Shown: positions 48,845 through 63,320, numbered from the stretch's first letter. The stretch: 64,000 nucleotides of DNA from Octopus bimaculoides (GCF_001194135.2 NC_068994.1:5770726-5834725); one strand, 5' to 3'. Program-made: numbers and translations. The notes: generated from the letters alone by a model not told the origin.

Positions 48845-49907
48845 TTGCAGAGGTACACTTTAGCTTAACCTTCCAATTGTCTCTATTCCCTCCTTCATGG
48901 TACCTTTTACCCTGGCACCTTGCCATAACCTTTACCCTGGAGCCACCAAGCACTGAAAACTGTCCATCATGTTCTTCCAATGAATAACATGTTATAATCT
49001 CCGTGGGTATCGTTATGCCCCAGCCCCAGCCTCACCAGATCTCTTCACAACTACGAGGAGCTGAGTTTGGCCCCATCGTATGATACCTTGGACAAATGTC
49101 TTTTCGGACCAAAGCCTTGTGAGTGAAATTTGGAAGACAAAAACTGTACGGGAGTCTTACAGATGTATATCATCACCATCATCATTGTCATCATCACCAC
49201 CATCATCATTATCATCATCATCATTATCATCATTATCATCATTATCATCATCATCATCATCATCATTACTGTCATCACCTTCATTGTCATCTTTAATGTC
49301 CATTTTCAAAACTTTTGAAATACAGGTACTAATCGATTTTGCCAGCCTAATGGACTGGAGCGATGTGAAGTAAAGTAAAGTGCCTTGCTCAAGAACACAA
49401 CGCTCCCCTGAGAACAGCCTTACCACTAAACCACGCAAGTTCACCAAAAACTTTCTCACACGCACACGTACACACACATGCACACGCACACACACATGCA
49501 CACGCACACACTCAAGCATACTTCAACGCCACTCCACCAAATCCTTCCTTCTTACGCACTAGCTTCCTGTTACGTAGTCATGATGTTGAAATGCTTCTCT
49601 CTTTTCGGCTGCTCCCATGTTTCAAACCCTTAAAATTATGTCAATTGTTTCTGCCCGCAGTCGCCTTCTTCTTAGTTCTTTCTTTTCTTTCATTCTTTCT
49701 TTCTTTCTTTATTTCTTTCGTTTGTAATTCATTCTTCGCTTCTCATCATCTCTTTAACTCTTTTACTTGTTTCAGCCATTTTAACTGTGGCCATGCTGGA
49801 GTATCGCCTTTTAGTCGAGCATATCGACCCCAGNNNNNNNNNNNNNNNNNNNNNNNNNNNNNNNNNNNNNNNNNNNNNNNNNNNNNNNNNNNNNNNNNNN
49901 NNNNNNN

Positions 49908-49943
<36 letters not shown>

Positions 49944-51059
49944 TTAAAGAAATGATTTTAAATTCTCAATCGCAGAATAATGCTAATAATATAGCCTGAA
50001 CAGGATAAACTACCCCTATTTTGCAGAGAAAAGTGTAGGTGGTTAGCTATATATACATATATACAACGGGCATCTTTTCATTTTTAAAATTTCAAATTCT
50101 TCATTTTGTCATTTTTCTACATTTTCCACCATTTTTTTTCTTCTTCATTGTTCAATTCTGTCATCTTTCCTTCTTAACTTTTGGTTTCCTCATCTCTAAT
50201 TGCAAGCTTCTCAAGCATCACTTCCTTCTACCTGTTCATTCTTCCTAACTTAGCTTTACTTCTCCCAGCATAGCACCCCCCTCACCATCCTACTACGGCA
50301 TTACCCTATTATCTCTCACCACTAGACCACAACCACATTGCCTGAGATGCACCAATACCTTATTCTCTTTTCCATCTCTCTTTCTCCATTTCTTCCTCTC
50401 ATACTTCCCTTCTGTCTCTCTTTCATTATCACATACTTATACATGTCTTTTAATCATTCCTATTTGGATCTTTTTAAGGTCCTGTTTACATCACTGTTCA
50501 CCTTCTGAAACGTCATTAATCGTTGAGCTGTATAATAAGCCGTCTACTTGTTGGCAGGACTCAAATGTCACATTCGACATAAGTGTTGTGACTGACAGAG
50601 TAGATTGTCAGATCCTCATGTGTCAAAACTGGCTGACGAGTCCATCATATACATATACATGCAATGACGATTTTTAGTATTGTAATATTGCTTTTGAGGA
50701 TTCTGAGTGTAAAAAATATGTATTTGTTTTGCAAAAAAATACAATTTGACATCAGCTCTAACTCCTTATCGCTAAAAACGTGCCAAACTGAAAGGAGAAC
50801 CACTATCATAAGCCTATCATATGTTCATGACAAGCAGGAAATACATAAAGTAGCATGAAAAATAAGGTTTGGAACAGGAAGTGACATCCATGAAGCAGCA
50901 TTTTATAAAGTGGCATTGGTAGTCAAGTTGATCTCAGCAGGATTTGAAACATGTGTACTTTAAGTTCAAACCCAGTGCAGGTCATCTTTGCCTTTTGTCC
51001 TTTTAAACACTAGGGGGTCGATTCTCCTTTCTTCTCTCTGCCTGCTTATCTGACTGTCT

Positions 51060-51300
51060 GTAACACTTTCTCTCTCTCTCCCCTTTCATCTCTCTCTCTC
51101 CCCTTTCATCTCTCTCTCTCTCCTTTCATCTCTCTCTCTCTCTCTCTCTCTTTCTAGCTCGCTCTCTCTCCCTTCTTTCTCACTCTTTCTAACTCTCTCT
51201 CTCTCTACTTCTCCCTTCCTCCTCACTTTCCCTCTCCATCTCTATCCCTTCTTCCACACTCTTTTTGTTTCTCTGTCTCTCTTTCTCTCTCCTTTCCTTC
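51060..51300. repeat. Polypyrimidine (CT)n tract with three 20-bp units
   Basis: TCTCTCTCTCCCCTTTCATC repeated; long purine/pyrimidine strand asymmetry. Confidence 0.9.
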
Positions 51301-52039
51301 TTCAAACCGGTCAAATACGGCCAAAATATTCAACCAGTTTTATGGTCAGATCTGGCCTCTCACACCTAGCCTACAATGTCCTTCTAAAAATAATCTCATC
51401 ATGAAAATCTCAAAGCTATAAGATAATGTGTAATTAATTGGAAACAATTTGAATAAATAAGCATTACATTTAACAGAATAACATGAATACTAAAGGGTCA
51501 AAATAGTCATTAAATGCTAGTTTTTCAGGTCAGTTCTAATTGAGCGGACTTGTAATCAAAGGCTTTCCAACCATGACTGTCTCTTAGTCTCAATTTATTC
51601 TGTATCCAAGACTACATTATCGAATGTGTTCTACTGTTGTTTTTGTTTATTAAACGCTATGATTCGAGAAAGATTTAGCTGCTTTTTCTTGTAGGTCAAG
51701 CAATCATATGGAGGCTACCACCTTGACTCGGTACCAATAAGCTCATTGTCGCTCATATTTTTGTCTCTTTTATTTCTCTTTTACTTGTTTCAGCCATTTG
51801 ACTGCGGCCATGCTCGAGCACCACCTTTAGTTAAGCAAATCGACCCCAGGACTTATTCTTTGTAAGCATAGTACTTATTCTATCGGTCTCTTTTGCCGAA
51901 CCACTAAGTTACGGGGACGTAAACACACCAGCATCGGTTGTCAAGCGATGATGGGGGAGACAAACACAGACACACAAACAAATGTACATATNNNNNNNNN
52001 NNNNNNNNNNNNNNNNNNNNNNNNNNNNNNNNNNNNNNN

Positions 52040-52076
<37 letters not shown>

Positions 52077-52833
52077 TATGACGGGCTTCTTTCAGTTTCC
52101 GTCTACCAAATCCACTCACAAGGCTTTGGTCAGCCCGAGGCTATAGTAGAAGACACTTGCCCAAGGTGCCACGCAGTGGGACTGAACCCAGAACCATGTG
52201 GTTGGTAAGCAAGCTACTTACCACACAGCCACTCATTATGTACTCTGTTCGGCTAAAACAATAGAAAACATGTTCAGGCTCTCATTACATCAGCATCAGC
52301 AGTTGCCATCATCATCATCACCACCGTCACCATCATCACCATTTATCACTATTTGCCTCCTCTTCATTTTTATCATCATCATCATCAGCTTATTGTCAGT
52401 GTAAATTTCTTTTATGGTACTGGGCCGTGCCTGCATCACACCATTTGTTCTGGTCCTTTGTCATTTCCTTTACAAATATCATCCTCTTGAGATCCTCATT
52501 CACCATTTCTTCCTATAACTTCTCCGGGGTTTTTTTGTTTGTTTTTTTGGGGTTTTTTTTTTTTTTTCTCCTTCTGCAGGTTCCTGTTTCCTGAGATTGT
52601 CCAGTTCTTCTTTACAGAATCATCCACTCCTTTGTAAAAAGAAAAAAAGAAAAAAAATAATAATAATAATAAAAATAAAATACAACAAGTAAACCATTAT
52701 ACTGACATCTTTTACTTGTTCTAGACTACGGCCATACTGGAGCACTGCCTCAAAGAATTTTTTATAGTCGAATGAATCAACCCGAGTACTTATCGGTTTT
52801 ACATTGCATATAGCCGCCTTCATTAGTTTATAA

Positions 52834-53208
52834 ACATGTAACCAATACATAAGCTCTGTAAATAGCACAATACAAATAACTGACAAATATAATATCAAAT
52901 ACAATTGCAAACAAACCCAATGCCATAATAAGAACCAGTTAAATAGGTTACACACTTTTAGAAAAAGCTTAGTTAGAAATAGAATTACATGCCTCGATAA
53001 TATAGACACCTCTAATTGTATTGAATGGTATATAATTCCCTTCGGAAAACAAATAACTTCCAATATGCCAAAATTGTTTTATTCAGCATTGACTAAACAT
53101 TTTCCAAAAGACAGTAAATACTATAGAATTTTTAATAAACATAGAGTTAAATTAGCTTTTTCTAATAGCAAAAATCTAGCACAAATTATAGCAACACACG
53201 ATAGGTAA
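52834..53208 (+). mobile_element. Penelope-like element ORF fragment (RT to GIY-YIG linker)
   Basis: 124 stop-free codons ending IEWYIIPFGKQITSNMPKLFYSALTKHFPKDSKYYRIFNKHRVKLAFSNSKNLAQIIATHDR*, matching the PLE IWFNPPF...KHFP...KIFN...VK.SYS..N...II..HN pattern. Confidence 0.7.
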
Positions 53209-53880
53209 GGGTTAACAACAGGAAAGGCGTCTGGTGGTAAAACAATGCTTCTATAATATACTCATTAAACCCATACTAATATGGAGAAGACAGATGTAAA
53301 AGCAAACTGACAAGCAAATACATAGAGCAATTGTCATATCTCCTGAACTATTTATTGTAGATAATGTGGTGATGTTTCTTAGGCAACATGGTTTAAGCGT
53401 TGTTAGATAATAGATAGCAGGGTCACACTGTTGGTAGGAGAAGTCAAGAAGGTAGAAGAAATGAGATAAATTAAAATGAAATACGAGGAGGTTAAATTTT
53501 CATGAGAGATTTATAAATGTTTTAAAGGTTTGCGAATGTAACAGAGAAGAATATATAAAAGGCTTATGAATATGGAAGTTGATGCAGATGTAGATTGATC
53601 TGTCTGTCACGTTTTCTTTCTATCAGTCTGCACTTCTGTTTGTCGACTTATTTATCTACCTGTTTCTTTATTGTTTCAGTCATTTGACTGAGGCCATGCT
53701 GGAGCACTGCCTTTAATTGAAGAAATCGACCCCCAGGACTTATTCTTTGTGAACCTAGTACTTATTCCATCGGTCTCTTTTGCTGAACTGCTAAGTTACG
53801 GTGACATAAACACACCAACATCAGTTGTCAAGCGATGATAGGGGAACAAACACAGACACACACATACATACATATATGTG

Positions 53881-53927
<47 letters not shown>

Positions 53928-56900
53928 NNNNNNNNNNNNNNNNNNNNNNNNNNNNNNNNNNNNNNNNNNNNNNNNNNNNNNNNNNNNNNNNNNNNNNNNN
54001 NNNNNNNNNNNNNNNNNNNNNNNNNNNNNNNNNNNNNNNNNNNNNNNNNNNNNNNNNNNNNNNNNNNNNNNNNNNNNNNNNNNNNNNNNNNNNNNNNNNN
54101 NNNNNNNNNNNNNNNNNNNNNNNNNNNNNNNNNNNNNNNNNNNNNNNNNNNNNNNNNNNNNNNNNNNNNNNNNNNNNNNNNNNNNNNNNNNNNNNNNNNN
54201 NNNNNNNNNNNNNNNNNNNNNNNNNNNNNNNNNNNNNNNNNNNNNNNNNNNNNNNNNNNNNNNNNNNNNNNNNNNNNNNNNNNNNNNNNNNNNNNNNNNN
54301 NNNNNNNNNNNNNNNNNNNNNNNNNNNNNNNNNNNNNNNNNNNNNNNNNNNNNNNNNNNNNNNNNNNNNNNNNNNNNNNNNNNNNNNNNNNNNNNNNNNN
54401 NNNNNNNNNNNNNNNNNNNNNNNNNNNNNNNNNNNNNNNNNNNNNNNNNNNNNNNNNNNNNNNNNNNNNNNNNNNNNNNNNNNNNNNNNNNNNNNNNNNN
54501 NNNNNNNNNNNNNNNNNNNNNNNNNNNNNNNNNNNNNNNNNNNNNNNNNNNNNNNNNNNNNNNNNNNNNNNNNNNNNNNNNNNNNNNNNNNNNNNNNNNN
54601 NNNNNNNNNNNNNNNNNNNNNNNNNNNNNNNNNNNNNNNNNNNNNNNNNNNNNNNNNNNNNNNNNNNNNNNNNNNNNNNNNNNNNNNNNNNNNNNNNNNN
54701 NNTACTCTTTCTTCCTTTCTCCGTCCATCTCATTTCCAACTTTCTATCCACATCCAGTGTAAGGCATGTGAGAAAACAGGAAGGGGCCAAAAGGTGAAAC
54801 CTTTAATTACACCTGTCGTTTAATTACACCTGTTATTTAGACTCTCCCCCTCTCACTGACCTCCTTTACCCACTTATCTAACATTAAAAATACATCAAAA
54901 CTCAACACTAAGCCCCTCCCCCAATAAGGATCTCCGCTCACCCCTCAAGAACCTCACAAAAACACTGTGGGTATAAAACTCTTCATTTTTATGTAAAAAT
55001 ATGTTGGGCAAGACACCAGAGAAGTGGGACTCTGGTTCTGTGGATGAGAACCCTTTTGACTGCAGGAGTAAATCTTAAGTAATTAAGAACCAGGGTGGAG
55101 TCTCTTCTGTGGTGAGATAAATTATGTATCTTTAATTACAAAATTTCATAATTATGTAACATGTGGTATAATTATAAACAGAGATATAATTATAAACAAT
55201 TATAGGCGCAGGAGTGGCTGTGTGGTAAGTAGTTTGCTTACCAACCACATGGTTCCGGGTTCAGTCCCACTGCGTGGCACCTTGGGCAAGTGTCTTCTAC
55301 TATAGCCTCAGGCCGACCAAAGCCTTGTGAGTGGATTTGGTAGACGGAAACTGGAAGAAACCCGTCGTATATATATATATTTATGTATGTGTGTGTATAT
55401 GTTTGTGTGTCTGTTTGTCCCACCCAAAATCGCTTGACACAATGCAATGCCGACCATGCCACAAAATCATCATCATCGTTATTGTTGTCGTCACCATCAT
55501 CATCATAGTCGTCATCATCATTGTCATCCATCTTCCATACTAGCATCAGTTGGAGAATTTGGTCGGATCCAATGGAAATCATTCCGTTGAAACTCTCAAA
55601 CAAGTCTGCCAGTTCACAGCTATTAGCGACAAATTAGTCACTGCAAATGTTTTGGGGTCAAGTGAGAGAGAGAGACAGACAGACAGGCAGACAGAAGAAA
55701 AGAATTTGAAAGCAAGAGTAGTTGGAAGTGAGGGGACAAGAAAAAGAGTGAAAAAATAAAGGTGGGAGGATTTAATAGACCGTGTAAAAGTAAGGGGTTA
55801 GATATTTTTAAGGGTTCATTTGAATGTCAGTGATCTAGAGACGGCTTAACAATTATAATATACCGATTCATTTCAGTGCACAAGACATACATACAAACCA
55901 TATAAATTAGCCGACGAGCCAACACATTTTTCGCAAAGGCACGGAAATATGTTTGCCCAGGCAGGTGGGGGGGGGATGGTCATGTGGTTAAGAAGATCGC
56001 TTTGCAGCCATGTGGTTTTGGGTTCAGTCCCACCGTCTGGGAAACCTTGGGCAAATGTCTTTTACTCTAATTCCAGGTCAACCAATGTGCCTGACAACTG
56101 ATGCTGGTATATTTGTGTCCCTGTAACATTGTGGTTCAGCAACACAGACTGATGAAATAAGTACTAGGTTTAAAAAGTAAGTTCTGGGGTTGATTTGTTA
56201 AACTAAAACCCTTCAAGGTGGTACTCCAGCATGGCTGCAGTCAAATGCTTGAAACAAGTAAAAGAATAAATGGATATATATATATAAATATATATATATA
56301 TACATACATATATACAATGGACTTCTTTCAGTTTCTGACAAGGCTCGGGTCGGCCAGAGGCTATGATAGAAGACACTTGCCCCAAGGTGCCACGCGGTTG
56401 GACTGAACCCGGAACCATGTGGTTGGTAAGTAAGCTACTTACCACACAACCACTCCTGTGCCTATAATATATATATATATATACATATATTGCTGTGTCT
56501 GGAGAGAGTCATTCTCTTTTTCGTGCCTCATTATTTCATCCAAAAACTATATATATATACACATACACATATATGCATACACCCACACTCCACACAAATG
56601 ATGTGTACATAAATTTTGTATATGGTGATTCTACGTGTGTGTGTGTGTGTGGATGAGTGTGTGTGTGTGTTTAATTGCGTGGAGTGGTTCTCTGCCAAAC
56701 GGAGGCTGGTTTGCTGCTGTCTCCCTTGCTCCACTCTCAATATCACGAACTGCCTCCGTCGCCAAAACAAAACCCACCACCACCACCACCACCAAGAGAC
56801 GTCCCACATCCTCCTCCACACCTACCAATCTATTATAGTTCAGTGTATGACTCCAGTGGAATTATCACTATTATTACCGCTTAGTAACATTAGTACTGGG

Positions 56901-57790
56901 TAAATCTACTTCATACTTCCGTCTACTAAGTGAGCCTCAATGTGGCCGGTTGTTCGACATGCTAGAAATAGCAACCAATTCTCCTTCAGGCATGGTTAGA
57001 ATGTGCCTGATCGTTTGGTGCTCAGAGACGCTAACCGTCTGCTAAATAACGTCTATGGCCATCTCACACACGACTAACGTCAAAGCGGCCACTACTATGA
57101 CTGCTACTACTACTACTACTACTATTACTACCATCCCCACCATCATCATCATCATCATTAATTTGAACCAATGAAATTTTGTCTGTAATGATTTCTGACC
57201 TTCAAGAAATAGCAGCCAAATCTCTTCTCGTTACGTCTTATTGGTTTGAAATAAGAAGGACAAGGACACATTGAGTAGTGTAGTGCTTACATGTACAAAA
57301 AGACGGGATGGTCATGAGTGGGTTGCTTGACATCACAACTACCGGCATCACCACCATCATCATTACAACGACCATCGAACTACCACCACCACCAACAGCT
57401 ACTACTGACAAAAAAACAGCACCACTCCCTCCACCATCGCCAAAACCACTGCCAATAAACAACGGCATAAGCACCACCAACCAGTAGAATTCAAAGCAAC
57501 AACTTTACCACCGCTACCACCACCACAACCATCATCATCACTAGTAAAACAATCAACATCATTATTAATCGCCACACCCACCATCATCATAATCACAAAC
57601 AACAGCAGCAGCAGCAGCAGAAGTTTAAAAAAAACAAAAATCTAGGACAATATTTTTTGTTTCTGTCAAATCTCTTTGCCCGGTTTACTTCCTTCGTAGT
57701 TTGAACTTCACTCCACTGTAAGTTAAATTTCCCGTCTTTACTACAATATTTTTTAATAATGTATGTATGTATGATGTATATATATATTTC

Positions 57791-57857
<67 letters not shown>

Positions 57858-59989
57858 ATGTGTGTAGCGGAGTCATTAAGCCAATATTAACACACACAGA
57901 GATAGAAAAACGATATATATATATGTATGTAGTATGTATGTGTGTGTATAGATATGTACGTATATGTAAGGTGTTTACATCGGCAATACACACATGTGTA
58001 CACATGATAATATACACACATACTTGCTTAAGGGTGTGTATATGTTTCTTGTACGTGTGTATGTGTTTATACATGTGTGTGTATATATATTATCACTATT
58101 GTTATCACTTTAGCTACGAACACACACACACATGTATGTATGTTTGTGTGTGTGTGTAATGCGTTTGTATTTATTTAGTCCTCTAGCCCTAATTTACGTG
58201 GTCTTTTAAGCTGCGAGAAGCAGCAGCTAAATATCCCTGAAATCATTCCCTAACAATTTAGACTGTATTGTACTTGGTTTGCCAGGATATCGGAAAAAAT
58301 GATGGGATGGTCACGGCCACAATATTGTTCTTATTTTTATCATAGTCCGCTCGATAAGGACTGCTGAGTATAAACAAGAATAAGCGGACAAAATGCAATT
58401 AATAATTTTTTTTTATTAACCAGAGGTAGTGATGAGTGGGACATCAACAGAACAGACAACAATCTGAAGAGGGATTTATATATAGGATGGGATGAAAAAA
58501 GTATAGATAGTATACAAAGTATGTGATAACATGGATAATGTAGTCCTCCTGGCACAGGAGAAACTTAAACTAGGACCAATTAAAGGACCTCGTAGATCCA
58601 GGATTACCCTGACCACGAAAGGTACGAGCCCTCTCTCATGCTCGCCAAACTACAGGCACGTACCAGAGTAGGGCCATTCACTCTAACCATTTTTGTCACA
58701 GTCACCCATCTTTTCACAAATTCACTGCGAGGTAGTGTTTCCCTCTTCCCTCTCACTTTCCTTTCCAAAGAAAAAAGTCAATGAGAGTTTGACCGAAGAA
58801 TGGTTCAAATTTTGGCTCAGAACCAGCATTTTTGGAGGAGGGTATAATTCGGTTACATCGAACCCCCAGTGTTCGACTGCTACTTATTTTACCGACCCGG
58901 AAGGACGAAAAGCAGAGACGACCTCGGCGGAATTTGAACTTCAGAACATAAAGACAGACTAAATGCCGCTAATCATTTTGTCCGACGTGCTAACGATTCT
59001 GCCAGCTTGCCAATAATTGGTGATTATCATTGGGGCCTTGGGGACAGTATCTAAAGGTAACTGAGTGGAATATAAAAGGAATGGGAGTAGAGTGCTTTGT
59101 TGAGCTGCTGACAAAAGCTTGTCTCTTTTGAACGGCCAGAGTCACCAAGAAAGTACTAAACAGTTAAAGGGAACAAATAGCATGTTACCGTAGACTGCAG
59201 GTATAGCAAGGGAGATGTAATTTAATATTGCAGCAGTTGCAACAAAATCTGAGTTAATAAAAATAATTAATGAGTAAATCATAATAATAATAAAACATCT
59301 CCGGAAATTATTCATTATAAGGCGTCGAATACGTGGTTTCGATTCCAGTCTCACTGTACGATACTGTCTGCCTTAGTTCCAGGTGTGTAGGCTTAAAACG
59401 AAAAATAAATGGTACCAAAAGGTAAAAAAAAAATTTTCTTAAGTATTGCGATCAATTCGTTCGATTAAAACCACTTCAAGACGGTGCCCCGGACTAAAAT
59501 GAGTTAAAGATGACAATTATCTACGCCCCGCTCCAAAATAAAAAGAAACATTCTCAATTTTAGTATCCGAAATTTCGGGATTAACTGTAAAATTAACTTA
59601 ACGTCAGAATTAATTTAGTGTAAAGTATGACCCAAGGGAGAGATTTGCCTACTTTATTTAGCAGGGCGAGAGACTGTGTAGACAGATTTTAGGTATAATT
59701 ACTAGACAGGATCTTACGTTAGGTCGCGCATGTATGTCTGTACGTACGTGCACACGTGCATATATATGTATGTACGCGCGTTTGTATGTATGTACCTATA
59801 TGTTTGTACGTCGGTGTGTTTGTATGTATGAATGCCTCGTCTATTTTTTAATTACTATAAATCTTCCACTGAGGAGGGAGCCGGTTTCCAACAAAGATAC
59901 AAGGTTCCATCTTTGGGATGTAGTTAAAACAAATTCACATTTGGAACTTGAGAAAAGTCTTGCATATTTTTATTGTTCCACTCACAGAT

Positions 59990-60690
59990 TGCACTTATGT
60001 ACGAATTAGTCGGTCGATTTCTCTTTCTGAAAATCCCAGTTTATCCAGATTCACTTTTAAGCATTTACTAACAAAACCTAGTTCTCCAATTATTATCGGT
60101 ATGAATATGAATTCATAATCTGGATATAGAAGCTGGAGGTTTCGAAACAGTTGTCCATAGATATCCTCTTTTTCTTTGGTTTTCAAAGAGATATTTATAT
60201 CTGCAGGGCAGCTGACCTCTATGATGGTACATACCTTTGTCCCTCTGTCCCAAACAACAATAGCCAGCCTGTTATGTTTCCATTTGACAGAAGTTTTGAA
60301 GGGAATATTCAACCAGTATTCCTTGAGTTGGTGTTTATGAATGTATTCAATAACAGGGGGATTTTCAAAGTTTATTTCAGGACATTCTTTTTTGCGGATT
60401 GCATTGTAAATTGTGTCGCATAGGAAGGTAGTACCGTGACGACATTTTAGGACAGCTGCTAATCACATGCGCGATGTCTTCCACAGAAACAAGACATAGC
60501 CTGCACATGCGGTAGCACCTTGGGATTACAAGAGCGTCACTGTCTCTGTTGTTCACCAGGCACTTTGTGGCAGTCTCCTGTTCCTGGATTGCAAACGCAT
60601 AGCCTTCAAAGTGTTATGTGATGTAGTGGTCTTGAGTCCAAGAGAGGCAGCACTTCGTGTCAATTCTCCCGTCTTCTTCAAATTTCTTTC
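59990..60690 (-). mobile_element. 3' fragment of a restriction-like-endonuclease LINE (R4/NeSL/CRE group), pseudogenised
   Basis: HFEGYAFAIQEQE, zinc knuckle CRLC-x8-H-x4-C (60505-60452), RHN, then HNRLAIVVWD..CTIIEVSCPAD..K..Y..L...IPIIIGELG; stop and frameshift present. Confidence 0.85.
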
Positions 60691-60823
60691 TTCTTTTCTT
60701 TTTTTTTTTTTTTTTNNNNNNNNNNNNNNNNNNNNNNNNNNNNNNNNNNNNNNNNNNNNNNNNNNNNNNNNNNNNNNNNNNNNNNNNNNNNNNNNNNNNN
60801 NNNNNNNNNNNNNNNNNNNNNNN

Positions 60824-60855
<32 letters not shown>

Positions 60856-61639
60856 ATATACACACACACATACATGCACACACGCATCTATAAATATATA
60901 TATTTGTATATATAGATACATATCCACACTTGCAGATACATGCAGACACACTCACGCATACATACACATTAATCACACCAATAGAAAGACCAAAGCGCAA
61001 GGAGTATATAATTATATAGAGGTTTGTAACATATATATGGAGACATTTCAAAAGATATCAGTCATTTGAGTACGATATACGATACGTATGTGCGTATGTA
61101 TGTGAGAGAGTGAGTGTGTGTGCGTGAGAATGTGTCCATGTGTAATTGTATGACATTATAAACACTAAAGTAGGACAGAAAAGATTTCACTTGTGCAGAC
61201 GGTAGCTTGTGGAAGATGGAAGTGNNNNNNNNNNNNNNNNNNNNNNNNNNNNNNNNNNNNNNNNNNNNNNNNNNNNNNNNNNNNNNNNNNNNNNNNNNNN
61301 NNNNNNNNNNNNNNNNNNNNNNNNATATATATATATATATGTATATGTATGTATATATGTATACATATGTATATGTATACATATGTACAGATATACATAT
61401 ATATGCATATGTATACATATATACATATGTATAGATATGTACATATATACATATACATATGCATCTATCTGTAGAAATACTGCCAGATCAGATTGGAGCC
61501 TGGTGCAGCCTCCCAGCTTGCCAGTCCCCAGTCAAACCGTCCAGCCCACGACAGCATGGAAAATGGATGTTAAATGATGATGATGATGATATGCATATAT
61601 TTATTCATATATGCATTCATCTATGCATGTATGTATATT

Positions 61640-61680
<41 letters not shown>

Positions 61681-61714
61681 GCATACACTACATAAGTGTC
61701 CATTTAATATAAGG

Positions 61715-62260
61715 CTATTGGTATAAATTGTCATTTCCTCAGTGAGGCCCACCATCTGAAGATCCTTTCTCACCACTTTGTCCCATGTCTTCCTTGGTCT
61801 ACCCCTTCCACAGGTACCCTCCACAATTAGAGCTTGGCATGTCTTTACACGGCTGTCCTCATCCATATGCATCACGTGACCAAACGAGTGCAGTCCTCTT
61901 TCTTGCACACATCTGAGGCCTCTTCTACACAGTTTTCCTCTTAAATCATTTACTTTTTCTCATGCATGCCCACAGACCATTAACTCCAGCAGAGCTTTCT
62001 ATCTTCATTTCTTTCAAGTCTTCGCAAATCCTCTGTATTCAAAGCCCACGTTGCACTGCCATGTAACATCTGTACATACAGAGGCCCTCTGAATTTCACC
62101 CAGCCTGTTCTTATCTCAGCAACTATACTTTCAACTCCTTCTCCCATTGATAACTTGGTCTCCAAGATATAAATGCTATCTACTACTTCTAATGACCCCC
62201 TGAGTGCATCTATTATTTGCATATTAGTGGGCATCTATTATCTGCTTATTATACCTGCAC
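61715..62260 (-). mobile_element. RTE-clade LINE 3' fragment
   Basis: MLHGSATWALNTEDLRRLERNE and LHSFGHVMHMDEDSRVK...GRGRPRKTW motifs in broken frames. Confidence 0.85.
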
Positions 62261-62785
62261 ATTTGCAACACACAAGACTATACTCTCCGTTAACCTTCTT
62301 GTGATACCACTACACCAAAGCTTGCACTGGGTACAACATATGGAGTTTCTACAGATATCCTTTTTACATATCAAGCTGGGCCATCTCCCAGAAGGGACTT
62401 GTGCTATTTTTCTGTTTTCCCACTTACTAGGACTTTGGTTTCTGCTAAATTAGATCTAAGACCCTTAGATTCCAGGCCATGTTTACACACCTAAAATTTC
62501 ATCTCCTGCCAGGTAAACAATTTTTTTAATCATCATCACATCACTGATAATCTGTATGTTAGATATATTAAATAGATTCACTAATCTCCATCTATATTTG
62601 GAATTATTTGTGGCAACTTGCTGGAGTTACAGCAAGAAGTACACAGCAATCACCAGGAGCCCAATGTTCCTTGATTGTCTCTTTTTGTGGTTATGGTTCA
62701 CATTCTATTCCCACCTTATAAAGTGTCTTCTAAATTTGGAAAGATATTTTTCAAACTTAAAAAGTTTAGTTTGTATCCATTAGTT

Positions 62786-63080
62786 CAGGGGTTTTCAAAC
62801 TGTTGTCTGCGGACCGCAGGGGGTCCGCAAGGACAAGACAGGGGGTCCGTAGACAGTAAATACTTTTTATGGGCAATTTGATTTTATATATGTTTTTTAA
62901 TCGAAATCTTTTAATTGACAATAAACATATTTGTTAAATACTGTTAAATAAATAAATGTAAAAATATGTTATTTTAAGCAAATATTTATGTATAAATTTA
63001 ATAAGCGTTTATAAGGGGGTCCCTAAGGTAAAGCCTTAAATATAAAGGGGTCCGCAAGTCAAAAAGTTTGAAAACTCCTG
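62786..63080. mobile_element. hAT-type MITE, 295 bp
   Basis: 16-bp TIR CAGGGGTTTTCAAACT / AGTTTGAAAACTCCTG; 8-bp TSD CATTAGTT / CCTTAGTT; subterminal GGGGTCCGC repeats. Confidence 0.88.
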
Positions 63081-63273
63081 CCTTAGTTTATGATAAATTT
63101 ACTGCACAAACCCCTTAACCCCTGAACATCATATGGGCTTGTATTTATGCTTTACATTAATTAGTCTCCAGCCATTTTTGTATCACAGACTGCTTTCAAT
63201 CAAAACAGTTTTCCCACGGAACAGGCAATCATATGCATAACAAAACACAATAAAATGCATAATATATAATTTA

Positions 63274-63320
<47 letters not shown>

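Noticed and set aside
50495-50520. Further hammerhead candidates (GAAACGTC at 50.5 kb; CTGATGAG at 1.5 kb; CCTGACGAGG at 17.0 kb)
   Set aside because: Only one half of the core is present in each case and the stems cannot be drawn.
54758-55161. Solo LTR (TGT...ACA ends)
   Set aside because: No matching TSD, no PBS or PPT, no second copy in the window.
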